DNA of 35,964 nt from an uncultured Methanosarcinales archaeon (GTDB lineage: Archaea > Nanobdellota > Nanobdellia > Woesearchaeales > CAZPJY01), in NCBI GenBank assembly GCA_964587045.1, contig CAZPJY010000019.1, forward strand, positions 1 through 35,964, in the 5' to 3' direction. The position numbers were made by a program, and so were the translations under genes. This document shows positions 27,338 to 35,964 of the stretch, piece after piece. Below the pieces are notes generated by a model. That model worked only from the letters and a program-made list of their open reading frames with translations, was not told the origin of the DNA and made no database searches. Each line of letters begins with the position of its first letter. Positions within the stretch are counted from its first letter, which is position 1.

Positions 27338-29116
27338 CTACTCCCACTCTATCGTGGCCGGAGGTTTATTGGTGATGTCGTAGAGCACGGCAGTCACCCC
27401 TTTTATTTTCATGAGACGGCGGGCCATGCTGTGGATCAGATAGTAAGGTAGCTGGGAGAAGCGCGCAGTCATGGCCTCGGTCGAATCGACCGGGCGCAGG
27501 ACCAGGCTTTCGCCTTCGCTGTCGATTCCAAAAGGCAGTGATGCGACGAGAATCTGCCAGACGTCATTTGGGTGCTTGTCCAGGATGCTCCGCGCAATCC
27601 AGTCAGCCCGCCTAAGCCTGTCAGCCCTGTCTCTGGATATGCCCATCTCGGTGCTGAAAATGCGGTGCGCCGCTTCTGGCGAGACCCTGTAGACGACCCT
27701 GTTAACTTCCGGTATCAAGTTGGTTATTCGCTGGCTTAAGGAATCGAGTGTCATCCAGTCAAACATCCCCTCGAGCATTACAGGATACCTGTACGTTCGC
27801 TCATCACCCTGGACGCCGACGCTTTTCACAGGCAAGACCTTGGCCTTGTAGGGAGGGGCCACTATCTCAGCGAGCCTCCTGTTTACAGAAGAGTCGAATT
27901 CGACGGGCGTTGAGCACAGAATCCGGACCGCAAGGCCAGGACCTGGGAAGGGCCTCCTAGTCAGCGCCTCCTCTGGGATGCCCAGCAGCCTCCCCAACTC
28001 ACGCACCTCATCCTTGTAGAGGTCCTTCAGCGGCTCGGCCACTCTCCCCTGCCTGATGAGGTCGTGTATGCCGGCGACGCGGTTGTGGTGGGTCTTGATT
28101 TTGGCTGAGTTCCTGGTGCCGCCGCTTTCTATTGTGTCAGGATAGATGGTCCCCTGGAGCAGAAGGGTCTCATCAGGTGGGAGGCCTTTGTCCTCGATTA
28201 TCTCTTGCTTGAGTTCGACGAACTTTTCTCCGATCAACCTCCTCTTCTCCTCAGGATCGGACACCCCTTCCAAAGAGGTGAAGAACTGATCCTTGGCGTT
28301 TACGATGCCAAGCTTTATTTTATGGTGCCCCATCCATCTTTTGACATGGGATTTGTCATCCGACCTCATAAAACCAGTGTCGATGTAGTAAGGGTGGAGA
28401 TGCCCCTCAGGCACCACCTGTGAGGCAAGAATTGTCGCTACAACGGAATCCACACCTCCTGAGACGAAGGCCAGGACGTGCTTGCCGCGCGTCGCTCGGC
28501 TGAGATTCTCCTTGATCTTTTTTAGGTACGCGTTCAGATCCCACTGCTTTTTCGCGCCGCAAACGCCTATTACGAAGCTTTCGAGCAGGGACTGCCCGTT
28601 TTCGGTGTGCTTGACCTCTGGGTGGAACTGCACCCCGTAGACCTCCTTGGTGCTGTGGGCCATCGCTGCCACGTCACAAAGGCTTGTTGAGGCGTACGTC
28701 TCGAAGCCATCAGGCAGGATTTTGACCTGGTCACCGTGGCTCATCCACACCTGCTGGCCGTCGGTGAGTGAATTGAAGATGCGGGCTCTCTTTTCCAAAT
28801 TCAACCGCGCGTAGCCGTACTCGCCCCCCTCATCAGGGATGACCTCGCCACCCATCTCCTTTGCTATCAGCTGGTGGCCGTAGCATATCCCCAACATGGG
28901 CTTTTTAATCCTGAAAATCTGCGGATTGAACCTTGGCGCGTCCTTTGAATAGACGCTGTTAGGTCCTCCTGAGAGTATCAGGCCTTTCATGGACCGCAGC
29001 TTGGTGGTGCTGGCGTCAGGAGGAAGGATTTCAGAGAAGACTCCCAGTTCGCGGACTCTTCTCGCTATAAGGTGCATGTATTGCCCGCCGAAATCTAGAA
29101 CTCCTATTGTGTCCAT
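27338..29116 (-). CDS. guaA: GMP synthase (glutamine-hydrolysing), fused GATase + synthetase
   Basis: DFG.QY, GICYG.Q, MSHGD, QFHPE, SGGVDS, IKTHHN, PFPGPGL, KPPATIEWE. Confidence 0.97.
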   Translation of the reverse strand: MDTIGVLDFGGQYMHLIARRVRELGVFSEILPPDASTTKLRSMKGLILSGGPNSVYSKDAPRFNPQIFRIKKPMLGICYGHQLIAKEMGGEVIPDEGGEYGYARLNLEKRARIFNSLTDGQQVWMSHGDQVKILPDGFETYASTSLCDVAAMAHSTKEVYGVQFHPEVKHTENGQSLLESFVIGVCGAKKQWDLNAYLKKIKENLSRATRGKHVLAFVSGGVDSVVATILASQVVPEGHLHPYYIDTGFMRSDDKSHVKRWMGHHKIKLGIVNAKDQFFTSLEGVSDPEEKRRLIGEKFVELKQEIIEDKGLPPDETLLLQGTIYPDTIESGGTRNSAKIKTHHNRVAGIHDLIRQGRVAEPLKDLYKDEVRELGRLLGIPEEALTRRPFPGPGLAVRILCSTPVEFDSSVNRRLAEIVAPPYKAKVLPVKSVGVQGDERTYRYPVMLEGMFDWMTLDSLSQRITNLIPEVNRVVYRVSPEAAHRIFSTEMGISRDRADRLRRADWIARSILDKHPNDVWQILVASLPFGIDSEGESLVLRPVDSTEAMTARFSQLPYYLIHSMARRLMKIKGVTAVLYDITNKPPATIEWE

Positions 29117-29144
29117 GCCTCAGGCAGGAAGGGGGTAATATATA

Positions 29145-29435
29145 TTATTTTTGCTTGAGAGCCTCAATCCGAGCCTTGGCTTCCCGATCTATCCTTTCAG
29201 TGCTTGAGATAAGGACTACGAGGATAATGATTATTACCAGCATGACCAGGGTCAGGGCTAACACCCCGGATATCTTGGCCGGAGTCGTCTGGGTTATCAT
29301 GCTCACGTAGAGTACGGAGAGCGAAGCGAAGGTGAACATGCAAAACCATGTGAGGTTGCTGGCTATCGAGAGCCTCTTTTGGAAATCCATCCTGATCTCC
29401 TCGAGCTCAAGCACTGTCTCATCCATGATAATCAC
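29145..29435 (-). CDS. Small 2-TM membrane protein
   Basis: Two hydrophobic helices; GTGA overlap with the AMP phosphorylase gene. Confidence 0.6.
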   Translation of the reverse strand: MIIMDETVLELEEIRMDFQKRLSIASNLTWFCMFTFASLSVLYVSMITQTTPAKISGVLALTLVMLVIIIILVVLISSTERIDREAKARIEALKQK

Positions 29436-30937
29436 CCCGTCGGAACTATCTCGAATCCGTGTTCCTTGACATAAACCTCTTTTGCAAACATAATCTTTTC
29501 CTTGCTGGTGGAATATATCGTGAAAAGCAGGTCTCCAGACCTCACCTCGTCTCCGACCTGCCGGTGGAGGTAGACGCCTGCTGCCTTGTCGAAGGGCGCC
29601 CCTGCTGTGCGGGCTATCTTGTTCACAACCCTGTTGTCTATGTGAAATAGCCTTCCGCCCCTGTGGCTCTTGACGTTTATCTTGTACCTGCCCAGGCTAA
29701 TCTCGGTTGGGTCGACCTCCTTGCCGCCTTGGGCCCTTATTATCTCCATGAATTTCTCGTATGCGCGGCCGCTCTCGAATATTTCTGTCGCGATGATTAT
29801 GCCTTCGCCGTGCCTGGCTTTACCGGTCATCTCCAGCATCTGCGCTGCCAGCTCGATTGACTTCTGCTTAAGCTCGAGGGAACCTCTCGGGTCATTCCTG
29901 AGCGTGTACAGCACGTCCTTTGCTTCCAAAGCCGGCCCGACCCCGTTTCCTATCGGGTGGGAACCGTCTGTTATCATGACTTTTATCTTCATTGAGAGCC
30001 TCTTGCCCAGCTTCTCGAACTTCTTCTTCAGTGTGAGTGCGCGATCCTTCGAATCAGTCTTCGCGCCCCTGCCCAAAGGTATGTCGACCAGCACGTGCGT
30101 TGCTGAGACGCTCCTCTTCTTTGCAAGAACGCTGGCCAGCAGCTGGCCGACCGGATCGAGGCTCATCGGGTGCTCGACCTTTATGATCTTGTCGTCCGCC
30201 GGGGCCAGGTTTAGGGCTCCACCCCACACCAGGCACGCGTTCGTCTTTTCTACTATCCTCCTCATGTCCTTGACGGAGAAGCTGACGTTGGCAAGGACCT
30301 CCATGGTGTCGGCGGTGCCGGCAGCGCTGGTGATGGAGCGCGATGAGGTTTTCGGGCATTTGAGCCCGCACGCGGCAACGATCGGGACGACCAGGAGCGT
30401 GGTCCTATTGCCCGCGACGCCGCCTATGCAATGCTTGTCGACGATAGGGTACTCCTCGAACTTCAGGATTTCGCCGGTGTTTATCATGGCCATCGATAGG
30501 TAGGTTGCCTCATCCATGGATAGCTCGTTGATGAAGCTTCCGGCGACGAAGTACGTCAGCTCGATGTCGGTTAGGACGTTGTTCACAACATCGTCCATGA
30601 TCTGCCTGATCTCCTCGTAGTTGAGCTTCTTGCCTTCCAGCTTCTTCTTGATGAAGGACAGGGATTTTGGCTTGGGCTCGATGAGCACGGTGATCTTGTC
30701 TGTGTTTTTCAGGTGAAGCTCCCTGCTGATCTCTCCGAACACGCCTATGTTGTGTTTGGGGATTATTGCCCTTGAGGGGGATGTGTCAACCACTGCCACT
30801 GTTTCACGGGTGCCTTTTTTGAGCCGTATCCTGTCTCCATTATGAAGGCTTAGGATGGCTGCGTCCTCTTGGTTCAGCACCGCAACCCTTGGCCCGCCTG
30901 TGAAGATGTTGAGTTTCTTTACCTTAAGCCTGATCAT
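29432..30937 (-). CDS. deoA: AMP phosphorylase (archaeal thymidine-phosphorylase-family)
   Basis: N-terminal beta-barrel extension, DKHCIGGV.GNRTT, PKTSSR.ITS.AGTAD.ME, WGG..LAPADD, GIG/VGPALEA. Confidence 0.92.
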   Translation of the reverse strand: MIRLKVKKLNIFTGGPRVAVLNQEDAAILSLHNGDRIRLKKGTRETVAVVDTSPSRAIIPKHNIGVFGEISRELHLKNTDKITVLIEPKPKSLSFIKKKLEGKKLNYEEIRQIMDDVVNNVLTDIELTYFVAGSFINELSMDEATYLSMAMINTGEILKFEEYPIVDKHCIGGVAGNRTTLLVVPIVAACGLKCPKTSSRSITSAAGTADTMEVLANVSFSVKDMRRIVEKTNACLVWGGALNLAPADDKIIKVEHPMSLDPVGQLLASVLAKKRSVSATHVLVDIPLGRGAKTDSKDRALTLKKKFEKLGKRLSMKIKVMITDGSHPIGNGVGPALEAKDVLYTLRNDPRGSLELKQKSIELAAQMLEMTGKARHGEGIIIATEIFESGRAYEKFMEIIRAQGGKEVDPTEISLGRYKINVKSHRGGRLFHIDNRVVNKIARTAGAPFDKAAGVYLHRQVGDEVRSGDLLFTIYSTSKEKIMFAKEVYVKEHGFEIVPTG

Positions 30938-31970
30938 TTTTCTCCCCTATCTCCATGTGTTCGAGCTCTTTTATTATCGTTATGAAAAGCGCAAGCGATA
31001 GAGGCCCTATGACGATGCCTATCAATCCCATGAGGCTAAGCCCGCCAAGCACGCCGAGGAGCACGATGACCGGGTGGATCCTCGCCTGGCTTCCGATGAG
31101 TTGTGGTCTTAGGAAGTTGTCGATGGTGGATATGACCAGCACGCCGAAAGCTAGGAGGCCGATTCCCCTCCCGAAGGTCGCCATGGCCCCGTTGATTAGC
31201 CCTGTCGCTATCAGGTATGCCGACACAGGCACGTAGATTATCGGCGGCCCAACCATCGGGATCAGGGCAAAGAATGCCATGAGGAGCCCCCAGAGCACGG
31301 GCGATTTTACCCCGAAGATGAGGAAGCCTATGCCTCCGACAGCTCCCTGTATGAGTGCGGTCACGACGTAGCCGTAGATTATTGCGTTGGTAACCTTGGT
31401 CACTCTATCAAGGATCCTCTTCCTCAGGGAGTGCTTCAGCGCAACGATATTGAAGAAGCGGGAAAGCTGCCTGTCACCTTCCTTGAACAGGAAGAACATG
31501 GTAAATATCATAATGAAGAATCCCAGGACCTGGTCCGGGACGGATGACACGGTGCTTTTTGCATGAGACACGAGGAAGTCTAACGTGTTGGAGACGATGC
31601 TCGTCATGTCGATGGGTATGCCAAGCCTGCCCTGCAACATTGATTCGAGGTTCGGGATGTTGAGGTAGTCAACAGTTACGTAACGGGTGAAGTCCGCGTA
31701 CGCGAACCGCAGCTCAGCTATCAGCGAGTTAAGCACGAAGAAGAAAGGTATGAAGATTATTAGCACGACCAGTACGCACATGATTAAGGATGCCAGGTTC
31801 TTGTTCTTGACGCCTTTGAGGATCAGTGAGTAGAGCGGGTAGAGCACGTAGGCCAGGATCATAGCAGCCAGCAGGGCGGTTATGTACGGCCTTATCACAA
31901 AGAACGCAACGACAGTCACGATTATGAAGAGTATGATGGGCGCGTAGCGTGAGATCAGATTAGTCTTCAT
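30924..31970 (-). CDS. AI-2E family (PerM) transporter
   Basis: Multi-TM protein; ILAY..YP, IP..G, DNFLRP, HP......GG....G..G...GP. Confidence 0.9.
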   Translation of the reverse strand: MKTNLISRYAPIILFIIVTVVAFFVIRPYITALLAAMILAYVLYPLYSLILKGVKNKNLASLIMCVLVVLIIFIPFFFVLNSLIAELRFAYADFTRYVTVDYLNIPNLESMLQGRLGIPIDMTSIVSNTLDFLVSHAKSTVSSVPDQVLGFFIMIFTMFFLFKEGDRQLSRFFNIVALKHSLRKRILDRVTKVTNAIIYGYVVTALIQGAVGGIGFLIFGVKSPVLWGLLMAFFALIPMVGPPIIYVPVSAYLIATGLINGAMATFGRGIGLLAFGVLVISTIDNFLRPQLIGSQARIHPVIVLLGVLGGLSLMGLIGIVIGPLSLALFITIIKELEHMEIGEKNDQA

Positions 31971-32413
31971 GGGACAGCCCTTCTAGCCCTGTCCACCAGC
32001 TGTTGGAGGTACTTGCTTATCTCTTCAGCGTTTTTCACGTGCTGTATCTTGAAATCCTTGTTGACTATGATGCTGCTGGTTTTGTACTTTCGGTCAAAAA
32101 AGTTCTTTGTTACGATTACGAGGTCCACATCGGAGAACATCGCGATCTTGCCCCTGAAGGTTATGCGGTCATCGTAGAAGTTGTACGAATGCCTTGAGAA
32201 CCGCGTGTGTATCAGTATCACCTCTAGCACGAGCAGCACGATTAGGCTCACCACTATCATCAGGTGGAGCAGGAGGCTGGTTTGGATCTGGAGCAGCCAG
32301 AGGTTCAGGATGAGCGCTGCGTAGAATACCAGGCCCAGGACAAGGAGCTTGATCACTTGGGGGATTATAGCTCGTTTGATGTCGGCTTTGACCGAGTATA
32401 AAGGGACCTCCAC
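31967..32413 (-). CDS. Membrane protein, 2 TM plus bacterial-PH-like domain
   Basis: Two TM helices then Y.FY.DRI...; GTG start with SD GAGGTGG. Confidence 0.6.
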   Translation of the reverse strand: MEVPLYSVKADIKRAIIPQVIKLLVLGLVFYAALILNLWLLQIQTSLLLHLMIVVSLIVLLVLEVILIHTRFSRHSYNFYDDRITFRGKIAMFSDVDLVIVTKNFFDRKYKTSSIIVNKDFKIQHVKNAEEISKYLQQLVDRARRAVP

Positions 32414-32437
32414 CTTACCACCTCATTTTCCAAAAAA

Positions 32438-32510
32438 TGGGCCCGGCCGGACTTGAACCGGCGACCCCCACCGTGTCGAGGTGGTGTCATAGCCACTAGA
32501 CCACGGGCCC
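32438..32510 (-). tRNA. tRNA-Val(GAC), no intron, CCA not encoded
   Basis: GGGCCCG/CGGGCCC acceptor stem, CCACC/GGTGG anticodon stem with loop TCGACAC, T-arm GCCGG-TTCAAGT-CCGGC, discriminator A. Confidence 0.93.
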
Positions 32511-32535
32511 CTTTAAAAAACGAATGGATTCCTCT

Positions 32536-32543
32536 TATATAAA
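32536..32543 (-). promoter_or_regulatory. TATA box of the tRNA gene
   Basis: Minus strand TTTATATA about 25 nt upstream of the tRNA 5' end. Confidence 0.7.
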
Positions 32544-32600
32544 TTTTGCTCAATTTCAGCGACCAAAAAATATTTATTCAGGTCAAACAACAGGCAGAGC

Positions 32601-33578
32601 ATGCTATACGCGCTGCTGCTCCTGGGGTCGCTGGCTGCAGGGGTCCTCCTCCTGACAAAGGGCGCTGAATACCTAATCGACGGAGCCGCTGACCTCGCTA
32701 GGTTCTTCAAGGTGCCGGCCATCCTCATCGGCCTGACGGTGGTCGCCATCGGGACGTCATTTCCCGAGTTCGTTGTGGGCCTTGTGGCCACTTTCCAAGG
32801 CCACTTCGACATACTGACAGGCAATATTATCGGGAGCAACATAGCAAACATCGGGCTTATTATCGGTTTCGCGGCGATAGCTTTCCCCCTGGTCATCAGG
32901 TCAGAGACCCTTATGTACGAGTTCCCTTTCGTGATCTTCTCAAGCCTCCTGTTCATAGTGCTGGCCAACAACAATTACATCTTCAGGGAAAATGTCCTTT
33001 CGCTGGGTAGGCTGGATGGGATTATTATGCTCATCACCCTGCTGATGTTCCTGGTTTACGTATTTGTATCGGCAAGATCTGCCAAGAAGTCTGTAATCAC
33101 TGAATTTAGGGAGGAGTATGTTCATGCGAACAAGCTTAGCAAGAACATATCTCTGATAGTCGGGGGGTCTTTCCTGCTGTTTTTTGGGGGGCGTCTGTTC
33201 GTCGACTCAGCCAGCAGCATCGCAAGGTTCTTCGGAATATCTGAGGCTGCCATCGGGCTCACGGTCGCGGCCGTGGGCACATCGCTCCCTGAGCTGTGGA
33301 CTGCCGGGATAGCGGCTTGGAAAAAGGAGGCTGACATCGCTGTAGGAAACGTCTTGGGCAGCAACGTCTTCAACATACTCTTCGTTTTGGGGTTCATCTC
33401 CCTGATTCACGGTAACATCCCCATCAACCCCCACATATTGTATGTGGACTCCATCATCATGATAACCTTCACTTTCCTATTCTTGACCTTCTCAGCAACA
33501 CGGCTGAGGATCGACAGGGCTGAAGGGGTGGCACTCCTGCTTGGCTATGCGGGTTACTTGGTCTATACCTTGCTCTAG
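32601..33578 (+). CDS. Ca2+/Na+ antiporter (YrbG/CaCA family)
   Basis: Two alpha-repeats GTSFPE...GNIIGSN and GTSLPE...GNVLGSN. Confidence 0.95.
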   Translation: MLYALLLLGSLAAGVLLLTKGAEYLIDGAADLARFFKVPAILIGLTVVAIGTSFPEFVVGLVATFQGHFDILTGNIIGSNIANIGLIIGFAAIAFPLVIRSETLMYEFPFVIFSSLLFIVLANNNYIFRENVLSLGRLDGIIMLITLLMFLVYVFVSARSAKKSVITEFREEYVHANKLSKNISLIVGGSFLLFFGGRLFVDSASSIARFFGISEAAIGLTVAAVGTSLPELWTAGIAAWKKEADIAVGNVLGSNVFNILFVLGFISLIHGNIPINPHILYVDSIIMITFTFLFLTFSATRLRIDRAEGVALLLGYAGYLVYTLL

Positions 33579-34549
33579 ATCCATTTCTTGCGCTTGAAGT
33601 ACAATAGAAGGCCTCCAGCGATCAGGGCCATTATGAACAGTATTATCAGGAACGCGTACCTCGAGCTCGCCCAAGGGAGGTAGGGGAGGTTCATCCCATA
33701 AATGCCTGAGAGCAGGGTGAGTGGAAGCATGATGGTTGAGATGATGGTCAGGATCCTGATTATGTCATTCATCTTGTGCGAACTCACGGCATGGTGCTCG
33801 TCGACGATATCTGATATTCGCTCCTTGCAAGCCTGCAGGGTCTCTTCGATCCTTATGACATGGTCGGTCACATCATTGAACAGGATGCTCACCTCGCCGG
33901 AGAGGAAGCTCTTGGGTACCTTGTTGATGCGGGAGAACACCCCTATCGTCGGTGTCAGCACCCTCTTCAGCCTGAGGGTTACCCTCTTCTTGTTGTACAG
34001 CTCCTCGAAATTGCTCTCGTCCGGGTCCTCAGAGATGAGGTCGTCCAACTCTTCGACCTCCTCATACAGGTCCTGGACCAGCGGGAAGTAGGAGTCGATC
34101 TCGTCGTCGAGTAGCTGGTGGAGGATGTAGTCGACACCCTTGCTGATGAGTGCCTTGCCCCTCTTCGAGCGCATGAGCTTTGCGATCCTCGCGTTCGGCA
34201 GGTGGTGGAGGGTTATCAGGAAGTTCTTGCCTATGATGAAATGCACCTGGTAGTGTGAAACCACGTCCCCTTCGATTGATCTGGCCCCCCAGAACACTAT
34301 GTAGTTGTAGAAGTCGAAGACCTCAAACTTGATGCGCGTGTTGGCGCTTTGTACGTCCTCTGAGGTGATCGGGTGTAGGCGAGCCAGCTTGACAATTGAG
34401 GTTATCTCCTCATCGCTCGGCTCTGAGAGGTCGATCCACACCTGCTGGCCTGAGTTGAACAAGTCGCGTATCCGCTCCATCCTTTTGGTGACAAAGAGGT
34501 TGCCCTTCCTGCTCGCGTACGCTTTTATCATCGGGGGTGGAGAGTCCAT
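33575..34549 (-). CDS. corA: CorA Mg2+/Co2+ transporter
   Basis: WIDL..P, LHP...ED, YGMN signature and two C-terminal TM helices. Confidence 0.93.
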   Translation of the reverse strand: MDSPPPMIKAYASRKGNLFVTKRMERIRDLFNSGQQVWIDLSEPSDEEITSIVKLARLHPITSEDVQSANTRIKFEVFDFYNYIVFWGARSIEGDVVSHYQVHFIIGKNFLITLHHLPNARIAKLMRSKRGKALISKGVDYILHQLLDDEIDSYFPLVQDLYEEVEELDDLISEDPDESNFEELYNKKRVTLRLKRVLTPTIGVFSRINKVPKSFLSGEVSILFNDVTDHVIRIEETLQACKERISDIVDEHHAVSSHKMNDIIRILTIISTIMLPLTLLSGIYGMNLPYLPWASSRYAFLIILFIMALIAGGLLLYFKRKKWI

Positions 34550-34686
34550 GGCCCTTTATAATGGTTTTTATTACTAAAGAATATATCAGTATACATATAA
34601 TTATACTAATTGCCTAATTTACCCTTATTTTATTTTGTGCCCTCACCCATAAGTTTTTAAAAGGATGTGCTTTTCTTGAGGCCCTG

Positions 34687-34932
34687 ATGGGACGCATAAG
34701 CACTCTCAAAGTGAAGAGGATCGGAAACGAACTACTCGAGCAGTACAACGACGAGTTCTCAGAGGATTTCGACAAGAATAAAGAATCAATTGACAATCTG
34801 GTTATCACCCCATCCAAAAAGCTCCGCAACACGATAACCGGCTATGTAACCAGGCAAAAGAAGAAAGCTCGAATTGGCAAGAGGCCCATCAAACCAAAAC
34901 CGGTTCAGCGCTTCGGCAGACGCCGAAACTGA
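34687..34932 (+). CDS. rps17e: 30S ribosomal protein S17e
   Basis: MGRI...VKR...L..Y...F..DF..NK...SKKLRN.I.GYVT. Confidence 0.95.
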   Translation: MGRISTLKVKRIGNELLEQYNDEFSEDFDKNKESIDNLVITPSKKLRNTITGYVTRQKKKARIGKRPIKPKPVQRFGRRRN

Positions 34933-35462
34933 ACACACCGTTCTATTCCACGCACAAGTGAGATTAGCCACGGCTCCAGCGCATTCTTAGGCGGATCTAC
35001 GAGCGCCGTAAAGCAGCCCACGCGGTTGCCTGCCAAGACGTCTGTCAGCAAGCGGTCGCCGACAATCATGGTCTCCTCAGGAGTCGCTTGCAGGTAGGCA
35101 ATTGCTTTCATGACAGCTCGTACGTCGGGCTTCTTGAACCTGCTCCTGATCACCTTGATACCAGCGTCCTCTTCGAGCCTTCTGGCACGGCCGCGGTCGT
35201 CGGTGAAGTTACCTGCCTCGTTTGAGAGAATGCAGCACCGGCGCCTTCCGACAAGGTTTACAATGCGCTCGAGCGATGCTGGCTCAAGCACTGCAAAACC
35301 GCCAGACGAGGTTAGGGTCCCGTCGGCATCGAAGATGACCCACCTTATCCTCTTGGGAATCTTCAGGTTGAACAGGTCCTTTGAGTACGTGTCAGGTGCG
35401 GTTTTTTTAGAGAACAGTAGAGGGAACGAGAGCATCGCCTTTGGGTTCCAGTAACGGGCCAT
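34905..35462 (-). CDS. YqeG-like HAD-IIIA phosphatase
   Basis: FDADGTL, ILSN, KKP, VGDRLLTDVLAGNR. Confidence 0.88.
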   Translation of the reverse strand: MARYWNPKAMLSFPLLFSKKTAPDTYSKDLFNLKIPKRIRWVIFDADGTLTSSGGFAVLEPASLERIVNLVGRRRCCILSNEAGNFTDDRGRARRLEEDAGIKVIRSRFKKPDVRAVMKAIAYLQATPEETMIVGDRLLTDVLAGNRVGCFTALVDPPKNALEPWLISLVRGIERCVQFRRLPKR

Positions 35463-35574
35463 GGCACTTTAATTGTTGGGGATAGTAATAAATCTTACCA
35501 ATCTACCCCTCTCTTGTGAGGACCACAGGCAAGCACTGCAGGGCCTTGTGGTAAGTCTGCTATACAAGTAGAAC

Positions 35575-35778
35575 TTAACTGCCTGCAAATTGGGCGTGCT
35601 TGCTGCTTTCTTTTACTCGCAAAGACCTTGGAGGTAAAGCTCGACATCGGTCTTCGAGTTCTGGCTTAGTTGCTTCTTTGACCAGATGAGGAAGGATCTC
35701 AGGCAGTGGAAGCATGTCTTGACCGTCTGAGGGGTTTCGCTTATTCAGCTCGCGGGAAACGGCACTCAAAGGATCCAT
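35575..35778 (-). CDS. Possible small hypothetical protein
   Basis: 67-aa ATG ORF with TTATTAAT about 25 nt upstream; no recognisable motif. Confidence 0.3.
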   Translation of the reverse strand: MDPLSAVSRELNKRNPSDGQDMLPLPEILPHLVKEATKPELEDRCRALPPRSLRVKESSKHAQFAGS

Positions 35779-35964
35779 GGAAATGTTTTCAACAAAATGA
35801 TTAATAAGCCATCACTGCGAAAAACCGGAAAAAACTATTGATATAAAATTGGAATACTTATTTGAGGAGAGGTTAACTGTTGGTTTAAGGCATACTGCCG
35901 ATATGAACAGTTAAATACAATAAAATTTCCATTTCTTAGACGGTAAAGTTGGGGAGTTCCGTGC

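Noticed and set aside
32400..32520. Integrated element at the tRNA, or a Ser(CGA) reading of the anticodon
   Set aside because: No integrase or duplicated tRNA end seen; stem pairing centres GAC and the variable arm is short.
21..35454. Many antisense or alternate-frame ORFs in the track (e.g. 1408..1899-, 6322..6861-, 23849..24469-, 29670..30503+, 32513..32974-)
   Set aside because: They lie over well-supported genes and have no motifs or promoters; typical shadow ORFs.
35940..35964. Start of a stable RNA gene at the window edge
   Set aside because: Too little sequence to support a call.

Overview
Archaeal chromosomal segment: TATA/BRE promoters, rps17e, an AMP phosphorylase and an archaeal-type IleRS. 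The gene content suggests a DPANN/Woesearchaeota-like organism (inference). It carries the 3' part of ileS, an hsp20-grpE-dnaK-(2 extra genes)-dnaJ operon, repair and translation-quality genes (MGMT, nth, AlaX), nucleotide/CoA genes (guaA, AMP phosphorylase, coaE), transporters (AI-2E, Ca/Na antiporter, CorA), tRNA-Val(GAC) and many hypotheticals. No CRISPR array, rRNA, transposase or integrase was seen. Main leads: (i) a tandem GTTGA-N7-TCAAC operator over the chaperone-operon start, a divergent wHTH gene and a second paralogous wHTH gene nearby (candidate heat-shock regulatory system); (ii) a two-gene operon pairing a prenyltransferase-repeat/wHTH fusion with a nucleotidyltransferase-TPR protein; (iii) a second orphan Pol-beta-type nucleotidyltransferase; (iv) a tandem pair of AAA+ paralogs, one probably inactive; (v) two Zn-ribbon microproteins missing from the ORF track; (vi) a tRNA with C instead of the near-invariant U33. 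All family calls come from motif recognition by eye; no searches were run.
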